From an uncultured Gammaproteobacteria bacterium (lineage in GTDB: Bacteria; Patescibacteriota; Microgenomatia; Levybacterales; UBA12049): a stretch of 64,000 nt of DNA. The translations under genes were made by a program, and so were the position numbers. The notes under the pieces were generated by a model that saw nothing but the letters and a program-made list of their open reading frames with translations, did no database searches and was not told where the DNA came from. The stretch lies in NCBI GenBank assembly GCA_964512695.1, contig CAZEJU010000005.1, positions 5,668 to 69,667 on the forward strand. The letters run 5' to 3'. This document shows positions 27,946 through 37,436 of this stretch, in pieces. The first letter of the stretch is position 1; each line of letters starts with the position of its first letter.

Positions 27946-28494
27946 TTAATTACCCCTTAATTCAGCACTACTCTCAATAACCACTGAATCCTGATACTCC
28001 TGACGTGCAGCCACAAAAGAGGCTGCTACTGTCATTACAAACTGTATGTGTTTCGATTTATTGTCAACTGAGCTATAGTTTGTAAATGTTAGAAGTGTAA
28101 TAACAGTATTACTAGAGTTAATAGCTACTGCACTACCGACACCTTGTTTAATTCTTATATTCCCTCCTGATAAATCAATTACAGTCGGATTCGTCCCAGG
28201 CGTTGAAGTTGCAAGGGAAAGAGATGTTGCAGAAACAGAATTTATACCCGTAGCATTCCTAATCTCATATTTGATTCGTTCAGTAATATACCGTGCGTTC
28301 GCATTTACCTCTTGAGCAGTCGCACTTTTTACGCCTAATTCAACACTGTTCCAGGCAAAAGGAACAAGTGCAGATAAAATAATTGTTATTAAAGCAATGT
28401 ACAGAATAAGCTCGATTAAGGTAAAACCACGTTCATGTGAACTGAATGTGATAAAACCATTATTATTTTGTGAAATTATATGTAGACTTCGCAT
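27946..28494 (-). CDS. Minor pilin, PilW/GspJ-like
   Basis: RG|FTLIELILYIAL; ITERIKYEIRNA. Confidence 0.85.
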   Translation of the reverse strand: MRSLHIISQNNNGFITFSSHERGFTLIELILYIALITIILSALVPFAWNSVELGVKSATAQEVNANARYITERIKYEIRNATGINSVSATSLSLATSTPGTNPTVIDLSGGNIRIKQGVGSAVAINSSNTVITLLTFTNYSSVDNKSKHIQFVMTVAASFVAARQEYQDSVVIESSAELRGN

Positions 28495-28495
28495 A

Positions 28496-30004
28496 TTATT
28501 GTGGCTTAAGTATTAAAAACTCGGACGAACTATTTGTATCAGCGATAAATATACGATCATTGCTCGTATCATATACAACTTCTTTTGGAAAATTTACAAT
28601 ATTTAGTGATCCCAATGCCGGCAAACCTGGTAATGAATCTAGATTACTGCCATTGATAACTAAAAAATCATTTGTTGCCGAATTAGTTCCTAGAAAAAGT
28701 AGATTATTCCCAAAACTTATAGAGTTTACATCTGCTCCAATTTCAACAGTTGATTTAAGCAAAAGACTTGTTGGTGTGGAAACATCAATTGAGTAAAGTT
28801 CTGGCGCTCCGCTGGAAACTCTTCCCACCAAAATTCTATTCCCTCCGGCATTATAAATCGCAATCGCGTTTGCAGGATTGTTTCCGCTATCAAGATTAAA
28901 AATAGCATCACGCGCAAGCGTTGTAAGATTTATTACTTGTACTTCAGCAGCATTATCATCAGATGTAACAAACGCATAACTTCCTACAATAACTACCCCA
29001 GTAGGAGTTCCCGTTATTCCAGAACCAGTCCCGGTAATTGTGGGAGAAGCCGGATTTGAAATATTAAACTTAATAAACTCATTACCTCCATTCCTTACCA
29101 TATATAAAAAGTTTCCGGAAATCGCCAGAGCAATAGCATCAGCGTTATCATTACCACTGTTAACGACCGTTAAATTTACGGAATTCAACGTTGCAGTTGA
29201 AAGGCTTGTTGGAGAGCTAATATCTATAATCTGCAACTCCTGAGAGTTATTAGTTGATGCAATATATGCGTAATTACCATTAATAACAATATCATTTACG
29301 TCACCTCCAAGTTCGCGTTGGCAGTTTACACACATAGAGGGAACAGTAGTATTTGATACATCAATTGAAAAAAATTCAGTACCAACTGAACTAGCACGAC
29401 CTAAAAAAATATAGTTACCAGATCTTACAAGAGATATTCCATTAGCAGCATTTGCACCGCTATTTGCTAGTGTTAAATCGAAGCTCGAATCAAGAGATGG
29501 ACTTGCCCAATTTCCCACAATTGCCTTTCTCCAATCCGATAAATAACTTGAGAGGACAACAGAATTAGATCTTGTAGATGTAAAGTTCCAAGAAACTGTT
29601 GATGTAATTTTCTTAGTCAGAGGGTCAACAGTACCCCCACTTGTCACAATATTTCCGTTTCCATCCCTTGAAACATCAGATACTGTTATGACTCTCGTAT
29701 ACTTACTACTTAGAATATTATTGCTTCCTGAAAAACTCCAGACATTTCCCACTCTGGAAATACCTGTCCCAGGACTGTTTACCAAACTCGCAAAATTCTG
29801 GTTTTTAATTGAACGGGTTGCCTCAATACCTTCAGATGCATACTGTGTAGCTATGGTTTGCTCTTCTCCAAGCCTATTTGAGTCTAATCCTTGCAGCATA
29901 ACCATGACTGCACCAGATGCTAATATCATAAACAAAGCAGTAGCTATAATAACTTCAATAACCGAAAATCCCTTTTGGTGACACTCTTCAAAATATAATT
30001 TCAT
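28496..30004 (-). CDS. Minor pilin (PilV-like) fused to an LVIVD-like beta-propeller
   Basis: KG|FSVIEVIIA; ASEGIEATRSI; repeats such as NDIVINGNYAYIAS...LQIIDISSP. Confidence 0.85.
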   Translation of the reverse strand: MKLYFEECHQKGFSVIEVIIATALFMILASGAVMVMLQGLDSNRLGEEQTIATQYASEGIEATRSIKNQNFASLVNSPGTGISRVGNVWSFSGSNNILSSKYTRVITVSDVSRDGNGNIVTSGGTVDPLTKKITSTVSWNFTSTRSNSVVLSSYLSDWRKAIVGNWASPSLDSSFDLTLANSGANAANGISLVRSGNYIFLGRASSVGTEFFSIDVSNTTVPSMCVNCQRELGGDVNDIVINGNYAYIASTNNSQELQIIDISSPTSLSTATLNSVNLTVVNSGNDNADAIALAISGNFLYMVRNGGNEFIKFNISNPASPTITGTGSGITGTPTGVVIVGSYAFVTSDDNAAEVQVINLTTLARDAIFNLDSGNNPANAIAIYNAGGNRILVGRVSSGAPELYSIDVSTPTSLLLKSTVEIGADVNSISFGNNLLFLGTNSATNDFLVINGSNLDSLPGLPALGSLNIVNFPKEVVYDTSNDRIFIADTNSSSEFLILKPQ

Positions 30005-30438
30005 CTGCTAACTACTCCTTGAGAATTAATCACAAATTGTTTTGAGGTATCGTTACTAGTAATAGAGTATGTGCCTGTAGTGCTGGGTAAACCAGTAACT
30101 TTTGTAAAAACAACTTCAGTAAAGCCTGCAATAGATATATTGGAGTTGACCCTGAATGTTTCATCAAAAGCTGCATTGCGTGTAGCATACGAATTTCCTT
30201 GAAAAAGAGTTAAGGTATTTGATCCAAAACGCACTCCCCAATTACCGTTTTGCCTACCCATCATCGCATAGATTTGAGCTTTTCTCGCTTCTCCTAAGAA
30301 TTGATCCTGTACATTGGCTACAGCGTTTTGCGTCAAGAAACGGGAAAAGAAAACTACTGAGAATGTGCCAATAGAAATTATTATCGCGATAACTAAGAGT
30401 AATTCAATAATGGTAAAACCAGCAGCTTTTCTGTACAT
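30001..30438 (-). CDS. Minor pilin, FimU/GspH-like
   Basis: AG|FTIIELLLVIAII; RKAQIYAM; VVFTKVTG; INSQG; ATG at 30438. Confidence 0.85.
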   Translation of the reverse strand: MYRKAAGFTIIELLLVIAIIISIGTFSVVFFSRFLTQNAVANVQDQFLGEARKAQIYAMMGRQNGNWGVRFGSNTLTLFQGNSYATRNAAFDETFRVNSNISIAGFTEVVFTKVTGLPSTTGTYSITSNDTSKQFVINSQGVVSR

Positions 30439-30448
30439 ATCATGACAC

Positions 30449-31534
30449 TTAGCGCTTGATACTACTACTAAACTGATAAATCGGTCCAATAATGGAAACT
30501 GCAATAAAGGCAACAATCAACCCTACTATTATTAATATTACTGGCTCAAGAATTGTTGAAAGATTCTTGGAAGTACTATCAACTTCATCTTCAAAATAAT
30601 CCCCTAAGTAACTGAATGTCTCGTCAAGTTTACCCGTTTTTTCTCCAACGCCCAGCATCCTGACTGCAATAAGCGGAAAAAAATTAAATTTTGAATGATC
30701 AAAAATGCTCTCAAGTGTTTTGCCTCTCTCTACCCCTTTTTGAATCCTGTCTATATATTCCCTGAAGATCATATTTTGCGTGGATTCTTTTTGAATTTCC
30801 AGTGCGCGTGTAATTGGGATTGAACTTTGAAGCAAAGTACCCATATTCCTGCAGATTGACGCAAGCTGTACATTTTGTATAAACGAACCAATTACAGGAA
30901 GGCTTAGCAAAAATCTATGCCATAAAGGTTTTGCAAATTTTTGGGAGATAGTTACTTTAAACGCGATCACACAAATACCTAAAAATGCGAAGATATAAAT
31001 CCCATAATTGTTCATTACGTTTGCAAACCAAAGAAGAATTCTTGTTGTTATCGGAAGCTCTACATCCAGGGAATTAAATAGGTCAACTAACTTTGGTAAA
31101 ACAAAAATACTCAAACCAATTGCGGCTGTAAACGCGACTAAAAGCACAATAGTTGGATAGAGTAATGCGCTCTTAATTTTTTGCGAGAACTCATGGGTCT
31201 TTCTTAAATGTGTTGCAAGGTAATCCAGATTCTTCTCAAGGTTTCCTGATTGTTCCCCGACTTTTATAAGCTGCACATAAAATGGATCAAAAAATTTTGG
31301 ATAAAAAGATAATGCCTTATCAAACTCTTGCCCATTTACAACTTCTTCGCGGATTTTATGCAAAACCTTTCTGAAATATACATTATTGTTCTGCCTAGAA
31401 ACTATTTCGATTGATTCAGCCAGGGGTATTCCACTTTTAAGCATAATGGAAAGGTGCTTCGTAAACGTCAGTCTTTCAACCGCACTGACACCTCCAAAGA
31501 TTACTATGTTATCAGACATCTTAGGCAGTTTCAT
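30449..31534 (-). CDS. pilC: Type IV pilus / T2SS inner-membrane platform protein (PilC/GspF)
   Basis: FTKHLSIMLKSGIPL, GEQSGNL, SALLYP, GEKTGKLD, LEPVIL. Confidence 0.93.
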   Translation of the reverse strand: MKLPKMSDNIVIFGGVSAVERLTFTKHLSIMLKSGIPLAESIEIVSRQNNNVYFRKVLHKIREEVVNGQEFDKALSFYPKFFDPFYVQLIKVGEQSGNLEKNLDYLATHLRKTHEFSQKIKSALLYPTIVLLVAFTAAIGLSIFVLPKLVDLFNSLDVELPITTRILLWFANVMNNYGIYIFAFLGICVIAFKVTISQKFAKPLWHRFLLSLPVIGSFIQNVQLASICRNMGTLLQSSIPITRALEIQKESTQNMIFREYIDRIQKGVERGKTLESIFDHSKFNFFPLIAVRMLGVGEKTGKLDETFSYLGDYFEDEVDSTSKNLSTILEPVILIIVGLIVAFIAVSIIGPIYQFSSSIKR

Positions 31535-31605
31535 ATTTGAATTTAAAATTTGGACTGTTGAATACAGAATTTAATTATTAAAATCTATACTTCAGATTCT
31601 AGAGT

Positions 31606-33282
31606 CTACTCGCGCGTTGCACGTAATACTTCTTCAATAGTTGTTATTCCTTCAGCTATTTTTTCCAGACCGTCTTCGGCCATTTTTCTCATTCCTTCTT
31701 TTATCGCCATCTGTTCAATTGTGTCAGAATCTGCTTTTTGGACAATTAAAGCTCTGATTGCCTCATTCATTTCTAGAACTTCAAAGATACCTATTCTTCC
31801 CATGTACCCACTCATGTGGCAAACAGAACATCCTTTTCCTTTATATATCCTTATTGATGATTTACTTCCGTAAATTTTTCTGATCAAGTCACGGCTAAAA
31901 TCTTTTAGAAGTTCCGACAGCTCGATGTCTAGAGAATATTTACACTTCTCACAAATTTTACGAACCAAACGTTGCGCGATTACAACATTTATTGTCGATG
32001 CGACTAAAAACGGTTCTACTCCCATGTCAATAAACCTTGGAACCGCTGTCGCCGCGTCATTTGTATGCAGTGTAGAAAGGACAATATGTCCTGTTAAAGC
32101 AGAATTAATTGCAATGTCCGCAGTCTCATCATCTCTGATTTCACCAATATATATGATATTCGGGTCTTGCCTCAAAATTGAGCGCAATCCTTCCGCAAAT
32201 GTTAAATTAGTTTTTGCATTAACTTGAATCTGGTTTATACCCTCCACGTCATACTCAACGGGATCTTCAATTGTCGCGATATTTTTGTCAGGTGTGTTTA
32301 AAATTTTAAGAATTGCATACATAGTAGTTGTTTTACCGCTTCCAGTTGGCCCCGTGGACAATATCATACCGTACGGTTTATTCATGGCGTTAACCACTTT
32401 CTCATGGTCTTCTTTGCTCATTCCCAGATTAGATAAACTAAACTGCCTGAAATGTGAAGCTAAAAGCCTTAAAACAGCTTTCTCCCCATGAACTACCGGC
32501 ACCATTGAGACACGGATATCCAAATCTTCTTCAGGAAGTTGAACCTGTATCTTTCCATCCTGTGCTGAGGCATGCTCATCAGTTTGTAATGAAGCTAAAA
32601 CCTTAATCCTTAGAACCACCTGCTTATATACCTCCAAAGATAAGGTCAAAACTTCGTGCATAATCCCGTCAATCCTAAACCTTACCTGCGCGTTATCTTT
32701 TGCAGGCTCTATATGAATGTCAGACGCGTTATTCCTATATGCGTATTCGATAAGTAAATCCACTATTTTTATAATCGGTGCTTCATAGATTTTACCGTCT
32801 CCTAAAATATCAACTTGTTCAGCTAAAAGCGCATCGAATTTTTTTTGCAGATCTTTTTTATAGATTTTTAGCGATTGCTCAATATCACGCCGTATAGCAA
32901 AATATGGAATTACTTTTTTATTCACTTTGCGTTGGATAAATTCAAGCAATTTGAGGTTCGAGGTGTTCGCAAGTGCAATTTTAACATTATCTGGATTGTC
33001 TTGAAAAACGATAGCACTAAACTCTTTCGCGAGTTGCTCGGGTATTATATACGAGGCGCTATCAGGAATAGAAACAGTCTGAAGATTAATATACGGAACA
33101 TTAATCATATCTGCAATGATTCTGCCAAGCCCAACAGAATCTATTAAATCATGGTCGATAAGTGCTTCAGCAAACGATACATTTTCCTTCTCACATTCTG
33201 TAAATGTTTTGATCAGTTCTTTTTCTTCAATAACTTTCAGTTCTTTTAAAGAGTTCAATAAATCCTTGGCGAATGGTTCCAT
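31606..33282 (-). CDS. pilB: Type IV pilus assembly ATPase (PilB/GspE)
   Basis: ASDIHIEP, Walker A GPTGSGKTT, TIEDPVEY, LRQDPNIIYIGEIRD, His box TGHIVLSTLHTN, CEKC/CSVC Zn site. Confidence 0.95.
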   Translation of the reverse strand: MEPFAKDLLNSLKELKVIEEKELIKTFTECEKENVSFAEALIDHDLIDSVGLGRIIADMINVPYINLQTVSIPDSASYIIPEQLAKEFSAIVFQDNPDNVKIALANTSNLKLLEFIQRKVNKKVIPYFAIRRDIEQSLKIYKKDLQKKFDALLAEQVDILGDGKIYEAPIIKIVDLLIEYAYRNNASDIHIEPAKDNAQVRFRIDGIMHEVLTLSLEVYKQVVLRIKVLASLQTDEHASAQDGKIQVQLPEEDLDIRVSMVPVVHGEKAVLRLLASHFRQFSLSNLGMSKEDHEKVVNAMNKPYGMILSTGPTGSGKTTTMYAILKILNTPDKNIATIEDPVEYDVEGINQIQVNAKTNLTFAEGLRSILRQDPNIIYIGEIRDDETADIAINSALTGHIVLSTLHTNDAATAVPRFIDMGVEPFLVASTINVVIAQRLVRKICEKCKYSLDIELSELLKDFSRDLIRKIYGSKSSIRIYKGKGCSVCHMSGYMGRIGIFEVLEMNEAIRALIVQKADSDTIEQMAIKEGMRKMAEDGLEKIAEGITTIEEVLRATRE

Positions 33283-33407
33283 ACTTTTTAATCGTATCAA
33301 AACATAAATCCTCAGACAAGAAAGACATAGTAAGTGTCTCTAGATCAATATTCATTTTTGCGGTGCTATAAGAAAGTTTGCAGCTGAATTTTTCTAGTAA
33401 AGGAGAA

Positions 33408-33773
33408 TTAAGTACCAATCACGGTATTAATCTTTGTAATTACATCATTGATTGATAGGTCTGATTTTATTATATAATCACGCGCTCCTAATTTCATTCC
33501 ACGATCAATATCTTCTTTTTGCCCTAAATTTGAAGCAATAATAACAGGAATCCTTTTCCAGTCCGGATTATTTTGAATTTCTTCTAAAACCGTAAACCCG
33601 TCTTTTTTAGGCATCATAAGATCCAGTAACATAACATCTGGGACAAATGTTTTGAGCGTATCAATTGCCTCCTGGCCGTCTGCTACTAATGTAACATCAA
33701 ACCCTTCCTTTGCCATTTTTACGCGATATGCATTAGCGAGGAATTTATCATCTTCAGCTGTTATATTTTTTAT
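33408..33773 (-). CDS. Single-domain response regulator (frame extends upstream of the called ATG)
   Basis: MLLDLMMPKKDG, IASN, YIIKSD; the acidic pocket IKNITAEDDKFLANAYRVK lies in frame upstream of 33716 with only ATA/ATT as possible starts. Confidence 0.8.
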   Translation of the reverse strand: MKNITAEDDKFLANAYRVKMAKEGFDVTLVADGQEAIDTLKTFVPDVMLLDLMMPKKDGFTVLEEIQNNPDWKRIPVIIASNLGQKEDIDRGMKLGARDYIIKSDLSINDVITKINTVIGT

Positions 33774-33927
33774 AATTGGCTAAAAGCTTTATCGGATGAT
33801 GCAATTTTTACTTCCTAAACCTGATGTACTTCTTATGGAAAATATAGACATCGGTTTTCTATCAGCTTTTTTCGCATTTCCATAAATTTATTCTTTCAAG
33901 TTTTACAGTCCTAACACTCTTAAAGTG

Positions 33928-34308
33928 TTATAAGTAGCTTTTAACCTCTTCTGCTATTGCTGACAAACTTGCATCTGATTTGACCAGAAAATCTATGGCT
34001 CCCATTTCTTTCGCCATTTTTTTATCTTCTTCTTGCGATAAATTCGAAGTGATAATTACTTTTGTGTTTATCCCTTTTTCACGAATAACTGATAGTACCT
34101 CCCAACCATCAATACCAGGCATCATGATATCTAAAAGGACTAAGGAATAAGTCCCTGATTGCAATTCCTTTAATCCTTCCTCACCGCTGAAGACCACGTG
34201 AGCAGTAATGCCCCCTTTTTGAAGCTTTATCTCCATCGCTTTTCCCATTGCTTTTTCGTCCTCAATAATAAGAACTTTTTTTGTATTGTTACTATTTACA
34301 CTTTCCAA
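33928..34308 (-). CDS. Single-domain response regulator
   Basis: VLIIEDE, LLDIMMPGIDG, ITSN, FLVKSD. Confidence 0.92.
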   Translation of the reverse strand: MESVNSNNTKKVLIIEDEKAMGKAMEIKLQKGGITAHVVFSGEEGLKELQSGTYSLVLLDIMMPGIDGWEVLSVIREKGINTKVIITSNLSQEEDKKMAKEMGAIDFLVKSDASLSAIAEEVKSYL

Positions 34309-34359
34309 ACTGTAATATTCACCCTCTTTCTTTTTATATTTTCTCTTCTGTTTGAGAAT

Positions 34360-34782
34360 TTAATAGAGCTGCACTTCTTTATCTTGCAAATCAAAAATCC
34401 CATTTAATTTTTCAACTATTTCTTCTAGGGAATTTTCTGATTTAACAAGATAATAAGACGGCTGGTCGGTTACTACATGAGTTAACCTTTCGTCATTTGT
34501 ATCAAAATTCGTAAGAATAACCACTGAAGCATATTTACCCCATTTATTCTCACGTAACTTATGTAACATAGTCAGACCATCCATTTTGGGCATTTCAATA
34601 TCCAGTAAAATTGCGTTCGGATGATTTTTTAATGCAGCATCCAGCCCAGTTGCTCCGTCCCCAGCTTCTAAAACTAAAAACCCTAAGCTTTCTAGTTTCA
34701 CGGCAATTGCTTGCCTAAGAGAGGCATCATCTTCAATGATAAGAATGGACTTACTCGTTTCCAAATTATTTTGATTTGCCAT
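34360..34782 (-). CDS. Single-domain response regulator
   Basis: ILIIEDD, LLDIEMPKMDG, ILTN, YLVKSE. Confidence 0.92.
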   Translation of the reverse strand: MANQNNLETSKSILIIEDDASLRQAIAVKLESLGFLVLEAGDGATGLDAALKNHPNAILLDIEMPKMDGLTMLHKLRENKWGKYASVVILTNFDTNDERLTHVVTDQPSYYLVKSENSLEEIVEKLNGIFDLQDKEVQLY

Positions 34783-35158
34783 ATAAGCATTCTTTTAGAG
34801 CCTCAACTATTTGATCTAAGCGAAAATTCGCCTTAACAAAGTACTTATTCACCCCCAGCTGCATATACATTCTCACTTTTTCTTCGCTTGCCGTATTACT
34901 TACAACAAAAATTGGAATATGTTTCCATTTTGAATCAGAACTTTTGATTTTTGTAACCAAATCTAATCCGTCATCTTTACCTAACAAATAGTGGTCTAAC
35001 CAAATTCCATCCACCTGACTAAGTTCTTCCAAATAAGACATGGCTTGTTGTACACTTCTTGCGGTAGCCACATTAATATTGTTATTCTCAAGCTTTATCT
35101 TAATCACTTCTAACAATGGAATTTCATCCTCAATAACTAAAATCGTTTTTGTCTCCAT
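34766..35158 (-). CDS. Single-domain response regulator
   Basis: ILVIEDE, IWLDHYL, VVSN, YFVKAN; Shine-Dalgarno AAGGAGGTGA upstream of ATG at 35158. Confidence 0.9.
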   Translation of the reverse strand: METKTILVIEDEIPLLEVIKIKLENNNINVATARSVQQAMSYLEELSQVDGIWLDHYLLGKDDGLDLVTKIKSSDSKWKHIPIFVVSNTASEEKVRMYMQLGVNKYFVKANFRLDQIVEALKECLYGKSK

Positions 35159-35179
35159 AAAGATAGTCACCTCCTTCCT

Positions 35180-37381
35180 TCATTTTAATCTTCTATTACC
35201 GTCTTTCTTCACCATTCCAGAAAGAGGCAATAACACAAAAAACGTTGTACCTTTATTTTCTTCCGAATAAAACCATATTTTACCTCGGCAATGATCTATC
35301 AATGATTTTACAAGATACAATCCTAACCCAGTTCCATCAGTATTTTGTACTCTGACATTATCTGCCCTAAAAAGTTTTTCGAAAACTTTTCCTTGTTGCA
35401 TGGTGGTTATTCCGATACCATTATCCTCAACTTCTATAAGAAGACTATTCTCTTCTGCTTTTACCCCACCAACTGCTTCTTCCTGCTGGATAGTTTTTAA
35501 AGAGATTTTTATTTCTCCGTTTTCATTGGTGTATTTGATTGAATTTGTAAGCAAGTTCTGGAGTATGATTGTAGTTAAGTTAGGATCAAGCATGATTTGG
35601 GGCATATCATCTTTCTCGAGGACTACTCTTAATTTTTTCTCATCTATCATAGGCTTTGACTCATCCAGGATAGAACGGGTTAATCTCACAATATCAACCA
35701 TTTCAGGTTCAATCATGTAATTGCCTGTTTCAATTCTCGACACATTCAGTAGTGCATTTACCAGCTTTGACAGGCGCTGACTTCCTTGATAGGCTTCCTG
35801 GATAAACTTTTTTTGCTCATCTGTTACATTACCTGCATCTCCAGATAAAAGAAGTTCACAATACCAATTGATAGTTGAGAGAGGCGTACGCAGCTGATGA
35901 GATGCTAAAGAGATAAATTCTGACTTAGCCCTGTCTATTTGCTTTTCTCTCGTAACATCATGCAGAACAGTAACCGTGCCCAATAGTTTATTCCTCAGTA
36001 GAATGGGAGTAATCGTAACTAATACCGCAATCTTTTCTCCATTTTTTTTGGTATAGATCACTGCACTGCTGATCTTCTCTTTACGGGATAGCACTTTATT
36101 TATAATTCTTTCCGCAGGAGGTATGACTCTTCCATTTTCATCTTCCGCCTTAATAGCTTCAATTAATTTTCTCTCTACCAGATCCTGTGGGGTATATCCT
36201 AATAACTCTTCTATTGCTTGATTTATCCTCACAATTTGTCCCTTCTCATCTGTGACGATCAGTCCGTCCCCAATACTTGATATAAGAACTTCATCATATA
36301 TGCGTTCTTCCTCAAGATGGGTTATATCCTCTTCTGTCCCTATAAAGCCAATTATCCTATCTTCCTTTTTTATGGGTGAAATATGGGTAATCACGGTGTA
36401 ATATTCACCATTTTTTCGTCTATTCTGTAGCTCCCCATCAAATCCTTCACCTGCTCGTATTGTTTGCCATAGTTTTTGGTACAAGTCTTGAGTCATAATA
36501 CCACCCCATAAGCGAGGCGTATTATTTTTCATCTCCTCAAAACTAAAACCTGTCATTTGCTGAGCTTTTTTATTTGCAAAAACAACAAACCCGTTTACAT
36601 CAGTTATCACAACGTGATTGCGGGAGTCTTGAATTGCTTGCAACATAATATTCTTCTCTGTTTGTTCATTATTAAAATCAGATTCTGTTAAAATAGTATC
36701 ATTTATTCTTGGATAGTGTTCCTCAAAACGCATGTTCTGAAAAGGAGTATTTCTGCGGGCTAGAAGCACATATGTCTCATCAATAAACCCCTGCGGACCA
36801 CAAATAAAGAAAAGATCCTCCGCAAAATTGATTCCTGATGGAAAAAGTTCATTTGATATTTTTCCAATATGGTTTACAAATACGATATTTTGCTGTGCAG
36901 TTATCCTGGAAAGCTCTTCTGAGAAAGCGCTTTTTTCAGAAGCTGAGTTAACATACATAAGTGTTAAATTTGGATTCATCTCTTCCTGGAGAGAGTTAAT
37001 AATTGAAAGAAATGGTGCAATCCCGACTCCGCCTGCGATCATAACTATATTTTGTTTTTGATTTTTAAGTGAATAGGAACTCCCAAATGGACCGAGTATT
37101 TTTACCCTACTTTGAAGTGGAAGTTCTAAAAGCGTTTTTATATATCCTGAATCTGAATTGCGAAAAAGAATAGAGCAGGATTTTTTATTCAAAGAACTGG
37201 AGATAATAGAGAAAGCTCTTCTCCCTCCTTTTAGATCCGGGTATAAAAGCTCGGACACAATTACCCAGACATATTGACCGGGAGAAAAACTAAAATCTTG
37301 TTCAAAGAAGAAGGTAATGACTGTCGTGTCTTTTGCAACTGTTTTCTTTTCCTGAATTGTCGCCCACATTTCATTACTCAT
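35180..37381 (-). CDS. Soluble sensor histidine kinase: FNR-like FAD/NAD(P)-binding module, PAS, PAS, HisKA, HATPase
   Basis: FSPGQYV, RAFSI, GPFG, IAGGVGIAPF, FICGP (FNR family); two PAS domains; ASHQLRTPL, NLLTNSIKY, DNGIG, GTGLGL; no TM. Confidence 0.9.
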   Translation of the reverse strand: MSNEMWATIQEKKTVAKDTTVITFFFEQDFSFSPGQYVWVIVSELLYPDLKGGRRAFSIISSSLNKKSCSILFRNSDSGYIKTLLELPLQSRVKILGPFGSSYSLKNQKQNIVMIAGGVGIAPFLSIINSLQEEMNPNLTLMYVNSASEKSAFSEELSRITAQQNIVFVNHIGKISNELFPSGINFAEDLFFICGPQGFIDETYVLLARRNTPFQNMRFEEHYPRINDTILTESDFNNEQTEKNIMLQAIQDSRNHVVITDVNGFVVFANKKAQQMTGFSFEEMKNNTPRLWGGIMTQDLYQKLWQTIRAGEGFDGELQNRRKNGEYYTVITHISPIKKEDRIIGFIGTEEDITHLEEERIYDEVLISSIGDGLIVTDEKGQIVRINQAIEELLGYTPQDLVERKLIEAIKAEDENGRVIPPAERIINKVLSRKEKISSAVIYTKKNGEKIAVLVTITPILLRNKLLGTVTVLHDVTREKQIDRAKSEFISLASHQLRTPLSTINWYCELLLSGDAGNVTDEQKKFIQEAYQGSQRLSKLVNALLNVSRIETGNYMIEPEMVDIVRLTRSILDESKPMIDEKKLRVVLEKDDMPQIMLDPNLTTIILQNLLTNSIKYTNENGEIKISLKTIQQEEAVGGVKAEENSLLIEVEDNGIGITTMQQGKVFEKLFRADNVRVQNTDGTGLGLYLVKSLIDHCRGKIWFYSEENKGTTFFVLLPLSGMVKKDGNRRLK

Positions 37382-37436
37382 AAGAAATAACGTGGACTTC
37401 AGGAGTCTCTTATAATAGTAGTATATACTAATTCAA

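Noticed and set aside
33227-33418. 63-aa ORF between the last receiver and pilB
   Set aside because: Overlaps both neighbours in another frame and has no recognisable features.
33796-33885. Plus-strand mini-ORF containing KPDVLLM, resembling a receiver fragment
   Set aside because: The match is too short and on the opposite strand; likely chance.
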